Assembly (NCBI GenBank): GCA_963727825.1
Contig: CAVSHO010000001.1
Location: forward strand, 384,001-448,000
Source of the DNA: Ignavibacteriota bacterium
Lineage (GTDB): Bacteria; Bacteroidota; Ignavibacteria; UBA10030
DNA length: 64,000 bases
Direction of reading: 5' to 3'
Part shown: positions 33,093 to 42,726 of the stretch, piece by piece
How the letters are laid out: the number at the start of each line of letters is the position of its first letter
Position numbering within the stretch: the stretch's first letter is position 1
Made by a program: the position numbers and the translations under genes
The notes under the pieces: generated by a model
What the model was told of the DNA's origin: nothing
The model's database searches: none
The model's input: the letters and a program-made list of their open reading frames with translations, nothing else

Positions 33093-34144
33093 TGAGTTCT
33101 ACAAGGAAGTGCAACGCTCTAAAAGAATTAGTAAAATTAGAGTATGGCACAACCCAGATGCTACAACCAGATAACGCAAGAAGAGCGAGATCAAATAGCA
33201 GCTCTTTATGCGCAGCGGGTATCTCTTAGTGAGATCGCCCGACAGTTACACCGAAACAAAAGCACGATATCCCGGGAAATATCCAGGAACAAAGCTCCGG
33301 TCCGACGAGTTTATGGAGCTTGTCGTGCTCACAACAAAGCCAAGGAACGCAAAATACAAGCGGGACAACGTCCACGCTTAAAGAATGCAATCATCCGCAA
33401 CTATGTCAAACAGCATCTGCGAATGGAATGGACACCGGAACAGATTGCTGGAAGATTGCGTATCAAGTATCCAGAACATAGCCTTTGTGTTGAAAGTATT
33501 TATCGATTCATTTACGATCCCGAGGTTCGACGTCAGGAAAACTTTGTTCCAGTGCTTCCTCGAGCTCACAGAATCAGGAATTACCGAGGTCAACGTAAGA
33601 CGCATCGAATGTCGAAAATTCCTGGGCGAAAATCGATTTTAGAACGTCCAGAAGCAGTTCAGCATCGTAAGCAAGCTGGACACTGGGAAACTGATACCGT
33701 TATTGCTAGATCCAGTGATGCAGTGCTACTGGCAACGGTGGAACGTAAATCCCGATATACGAAACTCGCCAGACTGAAACGGCGAACAGCACAACAGGTT
33801 CGGATATCATTGAACCGGACTCTGAGTCAGTATAAACGACATCTTCGCCGAACGATTACTTATGATAACGGCCTAGAAAATGTTGAACATATGATCGTGA
33901 ATCAAACACTTGGAACCCGTTCGTATTTTTGCCAACCGTATCACAGTTGGGAAAAAGGAACTGTTGAAAACACGATCGGCATCATTCGCAGAACCTATCC
34001 GAAGAAAACAAACTTCGATCTTGTCTCTGCTTCTGATGTGAAACGTTTAGAACGCAAGCTCAACAATACTCCAAGAAAAATATTACATTACTTAACACCG
34101 AAGGAAGTCTTCGATCAGATCGTTGCACTTCCTCATTGAATTCA
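33093..34144 (+). mobile_element. IS30-family insertion sequence (about 1052 bp)
   Basis: Imperfect 24-bp terminal inverted repeats tgagttctacaaggaagtgcaacg / cgttgcacttcctcattgaattca with TG...CA ends; single transposase. No clear target duplication seen. Confidence 0.88.
33144..34139 (+). CDS. IS30-family transposase
   Basis: HTH IARQLHRNKSTISREI; DDE motifs GHWETDTV, TITYDNGLE, SWEKGTVEN; the stop lies inside the right IR. Confidence 0.93.
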   Translation: MAQPRCYNQITQEERDQIAALYAQRVSLSEIARQLHRNKSTISREISRNKAPVRRVYGACRAHNKAKERKIQAGQRPRLKNAIIRNYVKQHLRMEWTPEQIAGRLRIKYPEHSLCVESIYRFIYDPEVRRQENFVPVLPRAHRIRNYRGQRKTHRMSKIPGRKSILERPEAVQHRKQAGHWETDTVIARSSDAVLLATVERKSRYTKLARLKRRTAQQVRISLNRTLSQYKRHLRRTITYDNGLENVEHMIVNQTLGTRSYFCQPYHSWEKGTVENTIGIIRRTYPKKTNFDLVSASDVKRLERKLNNTPRKILHYLTPKEVFDQIVALPH

Positions 34145-34560
34145 GCTTCCTTAGATTATTATAATTGGATAATCTGTAGGAAGTTTTTTTACGATCCTTT
34201 TCGATCTAAGTCTTTTATGTGGCCGCATAGGTACTTTCTCAGTACTGAACTATCTAGTTCTATATTTCTTATTAAAGATTTCTTCTATTTACCTCTCTAA
34301 TTGCACACAAAGCTAAATAATACTGCTTTTTAATTGGTTTTTAGGGATTAAAGCTGATAAAGTGATAAAAATAAAAAATTATCGAAAAAGGTCCGAATTC
34401 ACTAAATATTACCCACCAGAGTAGGTTAAATCTTATAGAAGAATCAGCGTTATACCGATATCGTTACTTGCCACTATTATGCAAATTAAATCCGCATTAG
34501 TTCCTCACATTGGCTACGCAAGGAATTAAGAATTTACGTCTCAATGAAAGGAGTATTCTG

Positions 34561-35064
34561 ATGGCAACTACAATAAACACAAAAGCTCAAAAGGAAATGA
34601 AAGCACAAGCGGAAGAACTTCTCCAGCTTGTTAGCTTTAATATTGGCCAAGAAGAATTCGGATTGGACATTCAATGTATTCAGGAAATCAACCGGATGGT
34701 GGAAATTACACGAGTGCCAAACTCACCTGAATTTGTTACTGGTGTGATTAATTTGCGTGGGAAAGTCATTCCCATTATTAATCTGCGGAAACGATTTGGA
34801 TTTCCTCCAAAAGAAAGTGATAGGAACACACGAATTATTGTTGTTGAGTTAAGCAACATGGTTGTTGGTTTCGTAGTGGATTCGGTTAGCGAAGTACTTC
34901 GGATTCCAAAGAATATCACTGAACCTCCTCCACCTATTGTAGCTGGAATTGGATCGGAGTATATCACTGCGGTCGCGAAACTGGAAAACCGTTTGTTGAT
35001 TCTTTTAGATCTCGAACGAATTCTTAAAGACAAAGAAAAACAACAACTTGAATCGTCAAAATAA
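34561..35064 (+). CDS. cheW: Chemotaxis coupling protein CheW
   Basis: ATG 34561 after aaggag; QLVSFNIGQEEFG, GVINLRGKVIP, GFVVDSVSEV. Confidence 0.95.
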   Translation: MATTINTKAQKEMKAQAEELLQLVSFNIGQEEFGLDIQCIQEINRMVEITRVPNSPEFVTGVINLRGKVIPIINLRKRFGFPPKESDRNTRIIVVELSNMVVGFVVDSVSEVLRIPKNITEPPPPIVAGIGSEYITAVAKLENRLLILLDLERILKDKEKQQLESSK

Positions 35065-35132
35065 TTCACTGAGATAAAATTTCACATCGCACTAAAACAT
35101 ACTAATTATTAATCTATTAAAGAGGTAAAGCC

Positions 35133-36107
35133 ATGAAAAATATATGCTTTCGTTTCATAATTGTCGTCATTATTATGCTTGGATTACAACCTTTAGTGTT
35201 AACACAAGAAAAACTCAAGATTGCCGTTATTCCCAAAAGTGGCACCGCACTATTTTGGAAATCGACACGTGTAGGCGCAAGAATGGGAGCTATGTCCGCA
35301 GCAAACGTTGATATTATCTGGAAAGCTCCATCTTCAGAAAGCGATAAAGCACAACAAATCGCAATCGTTGAGCAATGTATCACAGAGGGTGTATCCGGAA
35401 TAGTTCTGTCGCCAATAAGCTACGAAGGACTTAGTGAATCCGTCTCTAAAGCGATGAAGAAAAAAATACCTGTCTTAATTTTTGACAGTCCACTTAAGGG
35501 GAAAGCGGGAACGGATTTTATCAGTTTTGTCGGGATAGATAATAAAAAGGCGGGGGGAACTGCTGGTGAATATCTTGCCACATTGCTTAATGGCAAGGGT
35601 AATGTCGTTTTACTGCGGTATGTGAAAGGTCAAGCCAACACTACAGAACGTGAAGAGGGATTCCTCGATGCGATTGCCAAGCACGAGAACATTCGAATAA
35701 TCATGAAAGACCATTATGCTGGCGGTACCGTGGAAGAGGCTAAGAGTGCAAGTATGAGTTTACTAGATCAACTTAAAGAAGCCGACGGTATTTTCTGTCC
35801 AAACGAGCAGTCAACAATGGGCATGCTGCTTGCATTACGAGACGCCAAATTGACCGGTAAGGTTAAACTAATTGGTTTCGATACGCCGGCATCCTCCATC
35901 GAAGCGTTAAAGAAAGGTGAAGTCAGTGCGCTCATTGCCCAGGATCCAACACGAATGGGATTCCTTAGCGTCAAAACGATTACCGATAATATCCGTGGAA
36001 AGAAAATTCCCCCGATGATTGATATCGGTGTTCATGTAGTGACTCGCGAGAATCTGAATGATCCAGCTATTCAGAAATTGCTTGTGCTACCAAGTATGTC
36101 AGAATAA
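35133..36107 (+). CDS. Periplasmic sugar-binding protein (RbsB/type I PBP)
   Basis: Signal peptide, IAVIPKSG..FW, PVLIFDS, GIDNKKAG, REEGF, IGFD, QDPTRMG. Confidence 0.88.
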   Translation: MKNICFRFIIVVIIMLGLQPLVLTQEKLKIAVIPKSGTALFWKSTRVGARMGAMSAANVDIIWKAPSSESDKAQQIAIVEQCITEGVSGIVLSPISYEGLSESVSKAMKKKIPVLIFDSPLKGKAGTDFISFVGIDNKKAGGTAGEYLATLLNGKGNVVLLRYVKGQANTTEREEGFLDAIAKHENIRIIMKDHYAGGTVEEAKSASMSLLDQLKEADGIFCPNEQSTMGMLLALRDAKLTGKVKLIGFDTPASSIEALKKGEVSALIAQDPTRMGFLSVKTITDNIRGKKIPPMIDIGVHVVTRENLNDPAIQKLLVLPSMSE

Positions 36108-36207
36108 AGCAGATTAAGAAAAAAAATCCAAACTCTTTAAGAATATTATGTTGACGTTAACGGACGATGAAAAACAGATTTAATCAGAATGAACCGAAGA
36201 AGATTTT

Positions 36208-37671
36208 ATGAATGAAAAAACGAAAAATCTTATCTGTCTTCTGTTGACGGACCCTGACCCTGACGTTCGGCGTAGAGCAGCAGAAGATCTCGCTGAAGGT
36301 AACGACCAAAATGTCTTAGCGGTTCTGTCGATTGCCCTACAAGATGAAAACAAGGGGGTCGAAGATGCAGTTTCACGTTCGTTTTTGAGTATTGGTGGAG
36401 TGGCTGCAGCTCGAGCTATAGTTTATCATATTGAAGACGAAAATATTACGTCCCGAAATCTTGCTGCAAAATTGCTTGTCAAGTTGGGCGAAAACTCAGT
36501 TCATGCACTTGTCCCATATCTAAGATCTGAAAACAAAGATGTCCGTAAATTAGCAGTTGATATTCTCGGAGATATAAAGAGCAAAGAGCCTGTTTATTAT
36601 TTATTGCCGCTTTTAAATGATACAGATCCGAATGTCATTGCTGCCGCACTTGAAGCGCTTGGCAATATTGGCAGCAATGCGGCGATAGAACCAATCAGTG
36701 ACACATATGAGCAATATCCATTTGCGCGTATTATGGCAATTGAAGCTCTTGGAAAAATTGGCGGCAAATCCGTTAAAAATTTACTCGAAAATAAGTTCAA
36801 AGAAGCACTCACTGTTCGGGATGCGGACGGAGTGTATTTATTTGCATTGCTCGATGCTATTGGAATTGTAGGAGACAATGAAACACTCGAAATACTTCTC
36901 GCCAACTATGAAAACATTAAGGGACCTCTTCGAGACGTGTTACTGCACGAAACGGTACAGGTTATAGAACGTTGTAACTTAGAATTTCGATTCGAGGTTA
37001 AAGCAAAAGATGATTTGTTGCATGCACTACGCAGTGATAATCAACATATACAACTGAGCGCGGCAAAAGGGTTGGTACAATTCAAAGAGCAAGATGTGAC
37101 GAGAGCTCTTCTTCTTTCCCTTGGTATTTCTGAAGAATTGGATTTTGTTGTGATAGCCCAAATGTCTGGCAGGCCGCGGGCTTTTCAAACTGCCGTTGAA
37201 TGTCTCGATGAAGGTGCGATTAAAGGTAAGATTCAAATAATAATGTTGATTGGAAAACTTGCCACTGAATTTATTCACTCGTTTAAAAGTTTTCATGCTT
37301 TCCCAATAAATGATACTGAATTGAAACGGGCAATTAATGTAACGAAAGAGGCATGGCAGGATGCAAGTGAGGAAGATCGGGAAATCATTGCGGATACACT
37401 TTTCCGACTCAACTGTGATAGCGCCGTCACCTTTTTAAACGATGCTCTAATTGAGCTGGATCCATGGTCTCGAGTTCATATAATAGATCAAATTAGTACG
37501 ATGCCGACGCGACGCGCTCTTGAATGCATTGCTCGCTTTGTTAATGATGAGAATGAAATGGTGCGAGAAGCAGCTATATCGTCATTGAGAGCTGCTGGAC
37601 TTCCTGTGGAAATTGGTACATCATTCACTGGAATGGAATCTCTTGATAAAGGAGACGATGATAGTGTTTGA
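36208..37671 (+). CDS. HEAT-repeat (PBS lyase-like) protein
   Basis: DPDPDVRRRAAEDL, NKDVRKLAVDILG, DPNVIAAALEALGNIG, DENEMVREAA; overlaps the cheR start. Confidence 0.88.
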   Translation: MNEKTKNLICLLLTDPDPDVRRRAAEDLAEGNDQNVLAVLSIALQDENKGVEDAVSRSFLSIGGVAAARAIVYHIEDENITSRNLAAKLLVKLGENSVHALVPYLRSENKDVRKLAVDILGDIKSKEPVYYLLPLLNDTDPNVIAAALEALGNIGSNAAIEPISDTYEQYPFARIMAIEALGKIGGKSVKNLLENKFKEALTVRDADGVYLFALLDAIGIVGDNETLEILLANYENIKGPLRDVLLHETVQVIERCNLEFRFEVKAKDDLLHALRSDNQHIQLSAAKGLVQFKEQDVTRALLLSLGISEELDFVVIAQMSGRPRAFQTAVECLDEGAIKGKIQIIMLIGKLATEFIHSFKSFHAFPINDTELKRAINVTKEAWQDASEEDREIIADTLFRLNCDSAVTFLNDALIELDPWSRVHIIDQISTMPTRRALECIARFVNDENEMVREAAISSLRAAGLPVEIGTSFTGMESLDKGDDDSV

Positions 37672-38545
37672 ACAAGTTCCCGATAGAGTCCGAACTGAGA
37701 TTTCCTCCACTCCAAAGCTTTCTGACGAAACCTTCGCGTTGCTTAGAGATTTTGTTTATTCAAAAACTGGAATCTATTTCCCAGAAAAAAAGAAGTATCT
37801 GATCGAAGGAAGACTTGCAAAACGTTTGCAATTACTTAATATAGCACGTTTTGAAGATTATATTCATCTATTGAAATATGGTCAGCAAAGGGAAAGTGAG
37901 TTCGAACTCCTGTGTAACACAGTGACGATTAATGAAACTTCTTTCTTTCGAAATGAAGCACAGATGAACGCCTTTCAGCAAAAACTTGCTGTGGAAATCA
38001 TTAACGCCAAGAAAACGTTTGGCAAACAAATCCTCAGAATATGGAGCGCAGCGTGTTCTTCCGGTGAGGAACCTTACACACTAGCGATCTTATATTTAGA
38101 ATATCTCAAGCCTCGATATCCCGATCTGCAAATCGAAATTATAGGCACCGATATTAACACGGCAGTGGTCGAAATGGCACGGGTCGCAGAATATAGCCAT
38201 TATGCAATCCGTTCTTTACCAGAGCCATATGTGAAAAAATATTTTAATAATTACAATGGACTCTATCGGCTGCGAACGGAGGTAAAGGAGCTAGTACGAT
38301 TTGAATATAATAATTTAATTGACCACCAATCAATGCGGCAAATGGCGCATTTCGATTTCATTTTTTGCTCGAATGTTCTTATCTATTTTGATTTAAAAGC
38401 AAAAATACAAGTGGTCGGAGATTTATACGACAGTCTCAATCGAGGTGGATATCTCTTTATAGGTTCTTCGGAAATGCTGCACAAGATTTCGAGTGCATTT
38501 AAATTGGTGAGTTTTCCGAAAGCCACCGTATATAAAAAGGAGTAA
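37658..38545 (+). CDS. cheR: Chemotaxis methyltransferase CheR
   Basis: TINETSFFRN, IWSAACSSGEEPYT, GTDIN, CSNVLIYF. Confidence 0.95.
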   Translation: MIVFEQVPDRVRTEISSTPKLSDETFALLRDFVYSKTGIYFPEKKKYLIEGRLAKRLQLLNIARFEDYIHLLKYGQQRESEFELLCNTVTINETSFFRNEAQMNAFQQKLAVEIINAKKTFGKQILRIWSAACSSGEEPYTLAILYLEYLKPRYPDLQIEIIGTDINTAVVEMARVAEYSHYAIRSLPEPYVKKYFNNYNGLYRLRTEVKELVRFEYNNLIDHQSMRQMAHFDFIFCSNVLIYFDLKAKIQVVGDLYDSLNRGGYLFIGSSEMLHKISSAFKLVSFPKATVYKKE

Positions 38546-38552
38546 TGTAAGT

Positions 38553-38939
38553 ATGGACAAGGTAGTTTTGGTTGTTGATGATTCAGCGACAGTGAGGAAG
38601 TTTGTAGCTGCATCGCTGAATATGAAAGGATTCCGAGTGGTTACTGCGGCGGATGGTGTTGAAGCACTGGAACTAATGCCTGCGGAAAAATTCGATCTTA
38701 TCATCACAGATCTCAATATGCCCGATATGGATGGATTTGAATTTATCCGTACGCTTCGAGAGACACCGGAAAATTGCGACATCCCAATAATTGTCCTTTC
38801 TTCAATGACAGATTTGAAAAATAAAGACTATGCGTTAGAGCTTGGAGCGCTCGCGTTCCTTGAAAAACCACTGAGCACTGAAGCTATACAACGTGAAGTT
38901 TTTCGGTTTGTCAATAAAACAATTCAGCATACGGAATGA
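38553..38939 (+). CDS. cheY: Single-domain receiver, CheY-like
   Basis: VLVVDDS, ITDLNMP, LEKP; 128 aa in the che operon. Confidence 0.8.
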   Translation: MDKVVLVVDDSATVRKFVAASLNMKGFRVVTAADGVEALELMPAEKFDLIITDLNMPDMDGFEFIRTLRETPENCDIPIIVLSSMTDLKNKDYALELGALAFLEKPLSTEAIQREVFRFVNKTIQHTE

Positions 38940-38941
38940 GT

Positions 38942-38957
38942 ATAGGAAATTTCCTAT
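38942..38957. promoter_or_regulatory. Perfect 16-bp palindrome ataggaaatttcctat
   Basis: Exact inverted repeat in the 145-bp gap between the two cheY genes. Confidence 0.45.
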
Positions 38958-39084
38958 TAACAAATCGTTCCTTTACTTATATCTTTTACGATAGCAAAAT
39001 AACACTTTGATGTAGAGTTAAAATGAATAGTCTGCGAAGAAAAAGAATAAAACTTAACAATAACACCAAACAAAGGATAATGTC

Positions 39085-39477
39085 ATGACATCAATGAAAA
39101 TCCTAATTGTGGACGATTCGATCACAATACGACGTATTATAACCAATGCGTTGAAAACCGTAGGTTTCCCAGATACTGTTGAGGCTGTAAATGGGAAAGA
39201 TGCTCTCGAGAAACTGGCTAATGTCAATGTGGATTTTATTATCACGGACTGGAATATGCCGGAAATGAACGGCCTAGATTTTATTAAACAAGTCCGTGCA
39301 AATCCGATATACTCATCTTTACCAATTCTGATGATCACCACTCGCGGCACAGAGCATGATGTAATTGAAGCGCTTCAGGCAAAAGTGAACAGCTACATTG
39401 TAAAGCCGTTTACACCGCAGGAACTGAAAGAAAAGATTGAAGGTATTCTCAAAACCGTTCAAGTCAATACGGTGTAG
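39085..39477 (+). CDS. cheY: Chemotaxis response regulator CheY
   Basis: ILIVDDSITIRRII, ITDWNMPEMNG, YIVKPFTPQELKEKI. Confidence 0.9.
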   Translation: MTSMKILIVDDSITIRRIITNALKTVGFPDTVEAVNGKDALEKLANVNVDFIITDWNMPEMNGLDFIKQVRANPIYSSLPILMITTRGTEHDVIEALQAKVNSYIVKPFTPQELKEKIEGILKTVQVNTV

Positions 39478-39529
39478 AACAGATGAATAAATCAATCTCA
39501 ATACAATTTGTTCTGGAGAGGATAGAGTT

Positions 39530-40273
39530 ATGAACCAAAAGGAACTTGATGGCATCTTGAGAAAAGCCGCCGAATTAAAGGTGTTTTGCGAGTACGGTCA
39601 GCGCACCGTTCCGGTTCTAGATGAGATCTCTTCTTTTGTTAAGGAAATTAGCCCTGCTATTGAAGATCTCAAGGCGGTTGTAGAGGTGTCGATGGTTAAC
39701 ATTCCCAAAGCAGCAGATCAGCTCGGACGGGTTACACAAGCGACTGAACAGGCATCGACTGACATCTTAAACACTTTAGATAGAATGGTGGCAACTCTTG
39801 ACGAAATAATCGGATCGGTTGCCTCGGGTATGACATCTTCAAACCTAGGCGCAGCGACAAAAAAAATGGCAGCAATCGTAAAATCATTAGTAGATAAATC
39901 AGGTTGGGATGAAGATATTGTAAAGCTTGCAGAAGCATGGGACATTCATCTGCAAAGTTTGAGGATGAGCGGTCCAACAAGCAACCTTGAACGCTTGTTG
40001 AAGGATCTTCAAAGTGATTGCACTGAAATAATGATGGCACTTCAGGTACAGGATATCACTCAGCAGCATATTGGCGCCGTAATGGGAACTATCCAGGCAG
40101 TCGCCGAAGGACTTCGAAAGCTCACAACCGGATTTTTCAGTTCAGGTATGGCAGAGAATCTCCCACCATTGCCCACTATGTCGGTTCGATTCGAACAGGA
40201 GAATGTTGGCGAAGCGGAAAGGAAAAAAATGGTCGAGTCCTTGTTAAGTAAAGCACGTGCAGGACAACTATAG
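39530..40273 (+). CDS. CheZ-like phosphatase 1
   Basis: QLGRVTQATEQASTDIL and MALQVQDITQQHI (DxxxQ catalytic motif). Confidence 0.72.
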   Translation: MNQKELDGILRKAAELKVFCEYGQRTVPVLDEISSFVKEISPAIEDLKAVVEVSMVNIPKAADQLGRVTQATEQASTDILNTLDRMVATLDEIIGSVASGMTSSNLGAATKKMAAIVKSLVDKSGWDEDIVKLAEAWDIHLQSLRMSGPTSNLERLLKDLQSDCTEIMMALQVQDITQQHIGAVMGTIQAVAEGLRKLTTGFFSSGMAENLPPLPTMSVRFEQENVGEAERKKMVESLLSKARAGQL

Positions 40274-40342
40274 AAACTGAAATGTGAAAAACTGAATTAA
40301 AGTGAAATTTATTATTCACTTGTATAAGAAAAAGGTGAAAGT

Positions 40343-40951
40343 ATGGCACATGAAGAGATAATTGAAAATGTCGAAGGGACAACAGAAAGCGTAATAACTG
40401 CGCTGCAGAAGGTTATCACATTACTTGATCGTATTAAGAATGCGATTGAGGAAAGCTCTCGCAAAATTCCCAATGCGGCAGTCCAGTTAAACGGGGTAAC
40501 ACAAGCAACAGAACTCGCTACAGTGGAAATTCTTGACGTTCTCGATGTGATGGGAACCAAAATTCATATGGTGGAAAACGGAATGAAAGAATTCGATCAA
40601 GCTGGAATTTCTGAAAAGCAAGTCTTAATGCTCACAGGTATTAAACAGACTCTGGCAGAATTAAAAGAAAATACAAGCAATATCACGGTTGCTTTGCAGG
40701 TGCAGGATATAACGGCACAAAAAATAGGAGCAGCAAATCATTTAATAGAATCTGTCCGTAAAGAATTATTAAGCGAATTGAACTTTTTCGAGACAGCTAA
40801 ACAGAAAACCGACGATGCGCGGCGTAAAGTTGAAGTGGAGATAGAAGGACCTAAAGCATTTGATTTGAATGCATCGTATATGAAGACGCCTGAACATCAA
40901 TCCAAAATTGATGAGGTCGTGACGGCATGGCAGGAAAAAGAAGCAAAGTAA
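40343..40951 (+). CDS. CheZ-like phosphatase 2
   Basis: QLNGVTQATELATVEIL, ALQVQDITAQKI, C-terminal QSKIDEVV. Confidence 0.75.
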   Translation: MAHEEIIENVEGTTESVITALQKVITLLDRIKNAIEESSRKIPNAAVQLNGVTQATELATVEILDVLDVMGTKIHMVENGMKEFDQAGISEKQVLMLTGIKQTLAELKENTSNITVALQVQDITAQKIGAANHLIESVRKELLSELNFFETAKQKTDDARRKVEVEIEGPKAFDLNASYMKTPEHQSKIDEVVTAWQEKEAK

Positions 40952-41003
40952 GTGAATGTATTTTTCTTTGCGAGATTGTATAAAAATGATGGAATGTTAA
41001 TAA

Positions 41004-42713
41004 ATGGATGATAAACAAGATATAGCTGGTTTTGATGAGGATATGCGAGAGATCTTTGACAGTTATCTTGTCGAATCTAAAGAAATTCTTGACCATCTCA
41101 GTCAAGATCTACTTGTTCTAGAAAAAAAACCTTCTAATACAAATTTATTAAATAATATCTTTCGAGGAGTACACACACTCAAAGGCACTTCGTCATTTCT
41201 CGGTTTTAACCAGATGACAGAACTGACCCATACTAGTGAAGATTTATTGAACAAACTCCGGAAAGGCGAAATTATTGCCGATGGTAAAATAATTGATGTG
41301 CTGATCGAAGTTCACAATGCAGCGAACGTCCTCCTACACCGAATTGAAAGCCGCGATCTTCAGCCTGTTGAACTGAATGGTATTCTTGAGAAATTACGAG
41401 GAGCAATGCAACAACAACCTGCTTTAGTGCAGGTTGAAGATGTTGTGCAGGAAAAAAATGAACAGGCACAGCAAGCGGCTGAAACATTTGAAGTTATGCA
41501 TCAACGCGCAGCTGATTCGACAATCCGGGTTGACATTGGCCGGCTTGACGATTTAATGAATCTTGTCGGTGAGCTTGTTCTCGCGCGTAATCGTCTTGCA
41601 CAGGCGACCCAATCTTTGATAGAAAAATATGAGCGGATTGAAATGTCAAAAAATATTGTTGATGTCAGCAATCAGATTGATTTTGTAACGACAGAACTTC
41701 AGATGGCTGTCATGAAAACGCGAATGGTTCCGATTGAGAAAGTGTTCAGCGGACTACCGCTTGTCGCTAGAGACCTTATGCGTACAATAGGTAAAGATGT
41801 TGATCTTCAAATTTATGGTCGGGAAACAGAATTAGATAAATCTATAGTTGAAGAATTGAATGATCCGCTTGTCCATATGCTCCGCAATGCCATTGATCAT
41901 GGTATTGAATCACCAGAAGAGAGAACGAAACAGGGAAAACCACAACGAGGAATCGTCGTTGTCAACGCTGAGCGAGATGGAAATTATATTCTAATCACAA
42001 TGGAAGATGATGGACGCGGAATTGATGCTGAGCAAGTTAAACAGAAAGCAATAGAAAAAGGATTAATCGAGGAAGCACAGGCACGAGAACTGTCAACATC
42101 CGACATTCTCAACTTGTTGTTTATTCCTGGCTTCAGTACGAAGCATGAAATCACAAATGTATCTGGTAGAGGCGTCGGGATGGATATTGTTAAGACGAAT
42201 ATCGCGAAATTAAAGGGTATTGTGGAAATAGCCTCCGAGGTTGGTAAAGGAACTATTATTACTTTGAAGGTACCGTTAACGCTAGCGATTATTCAAGGGC
42301 TTCTCATGAAGGTAGTGGACGAAATTTTTGCCGTTCCATTGAGCGCAGTACTGGAGATTATTTGCATCAGACCTAATGAAATATACACTATTCAAGGGCG
42401 GGAAGTAATACGCGTCAGGGACGTTATATTGCCGCTTGCAAGGATGTCCGATATTATTGGCAACTCAAAAGCTATGAAAGCATCGGAAGTTTCGTATGTT
42501 GTTGTAGTCGGTTGGGCAGAGAAGCGTATTGGTCTTCTGGTTGATTCTCTCAGGGGACAAAAAGAGATTGTTATTAAAGGGTTAGGCAATTATCTGGGTG
42601 ATGTTCCTGGAATTGCCGGGTCCACCATCCTCGGAGATGGAAGTGTTATTTTAGTAATCGATGTTGGTCAGTTTATCGAATTGTTTGCACGCCATTTTGG
42701 AAAAGTAGCATAA
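41004..42713 (+). CDS. cheA: Chemotaxis histidine kinase CheA (no obvious P2 domain)
   Basis: Hpt IFRGVHTLKG, short linker, TIRVD..RLDDLMNLVGEL, HMLRNAIDHG, SGRGVGMD, PLTLAI, CheW domain. Confidence 0.96.
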   Translation: MDDKQDIAGFDEDMREIFDSYLVESKEILDHLSQDLLVLEKKPSNTNLLNNIFRGVHTLKGTSSFLGFNQMTELTHTSEDLLNKLRKGEIIADGKIIDVLIEVHNAANVLLHRIESRDLQPVELNGILEKLRGAMQQQPALVQVEDVVQEKNEQAQQAAETFEVMHQRAADSTIRVDIGRLDDLMNLVGELVLARNRLAQATQSLIEKYERIEMSKNIVDVSNQIDFVTTELQMAVMKTRMVPIEKVFSGLPLVARDLMRTIGKDVDLQIYGRETELDKSIVEELNDPLVHMLRNAIDHGIESPEERTKQGKPQRGIVVVNAERDGNYILITMEDDGRGIDAEQVKQKAIEKGLIEEAQARELSTSDILNLLFIPGFSTKHEITNVSGRGVGMDIVKTNIAKLKGIVEIASEVGKGTIITLKVPLTLAIIQGLLMKVVDEIFAVPLSAVLEIICIRPNEIYTIQGREVIRVRDVILPLARMSDIIGNSKAMKASEVSYVVVVGWAEKRIGLLVDSLRGQKEIVIKGLGNYLGDVPGIAGSTILGDGSVILVIDVGQFIELFARHFGKVA

Positions 42714-42726
42714 TAATGAATTTGTC

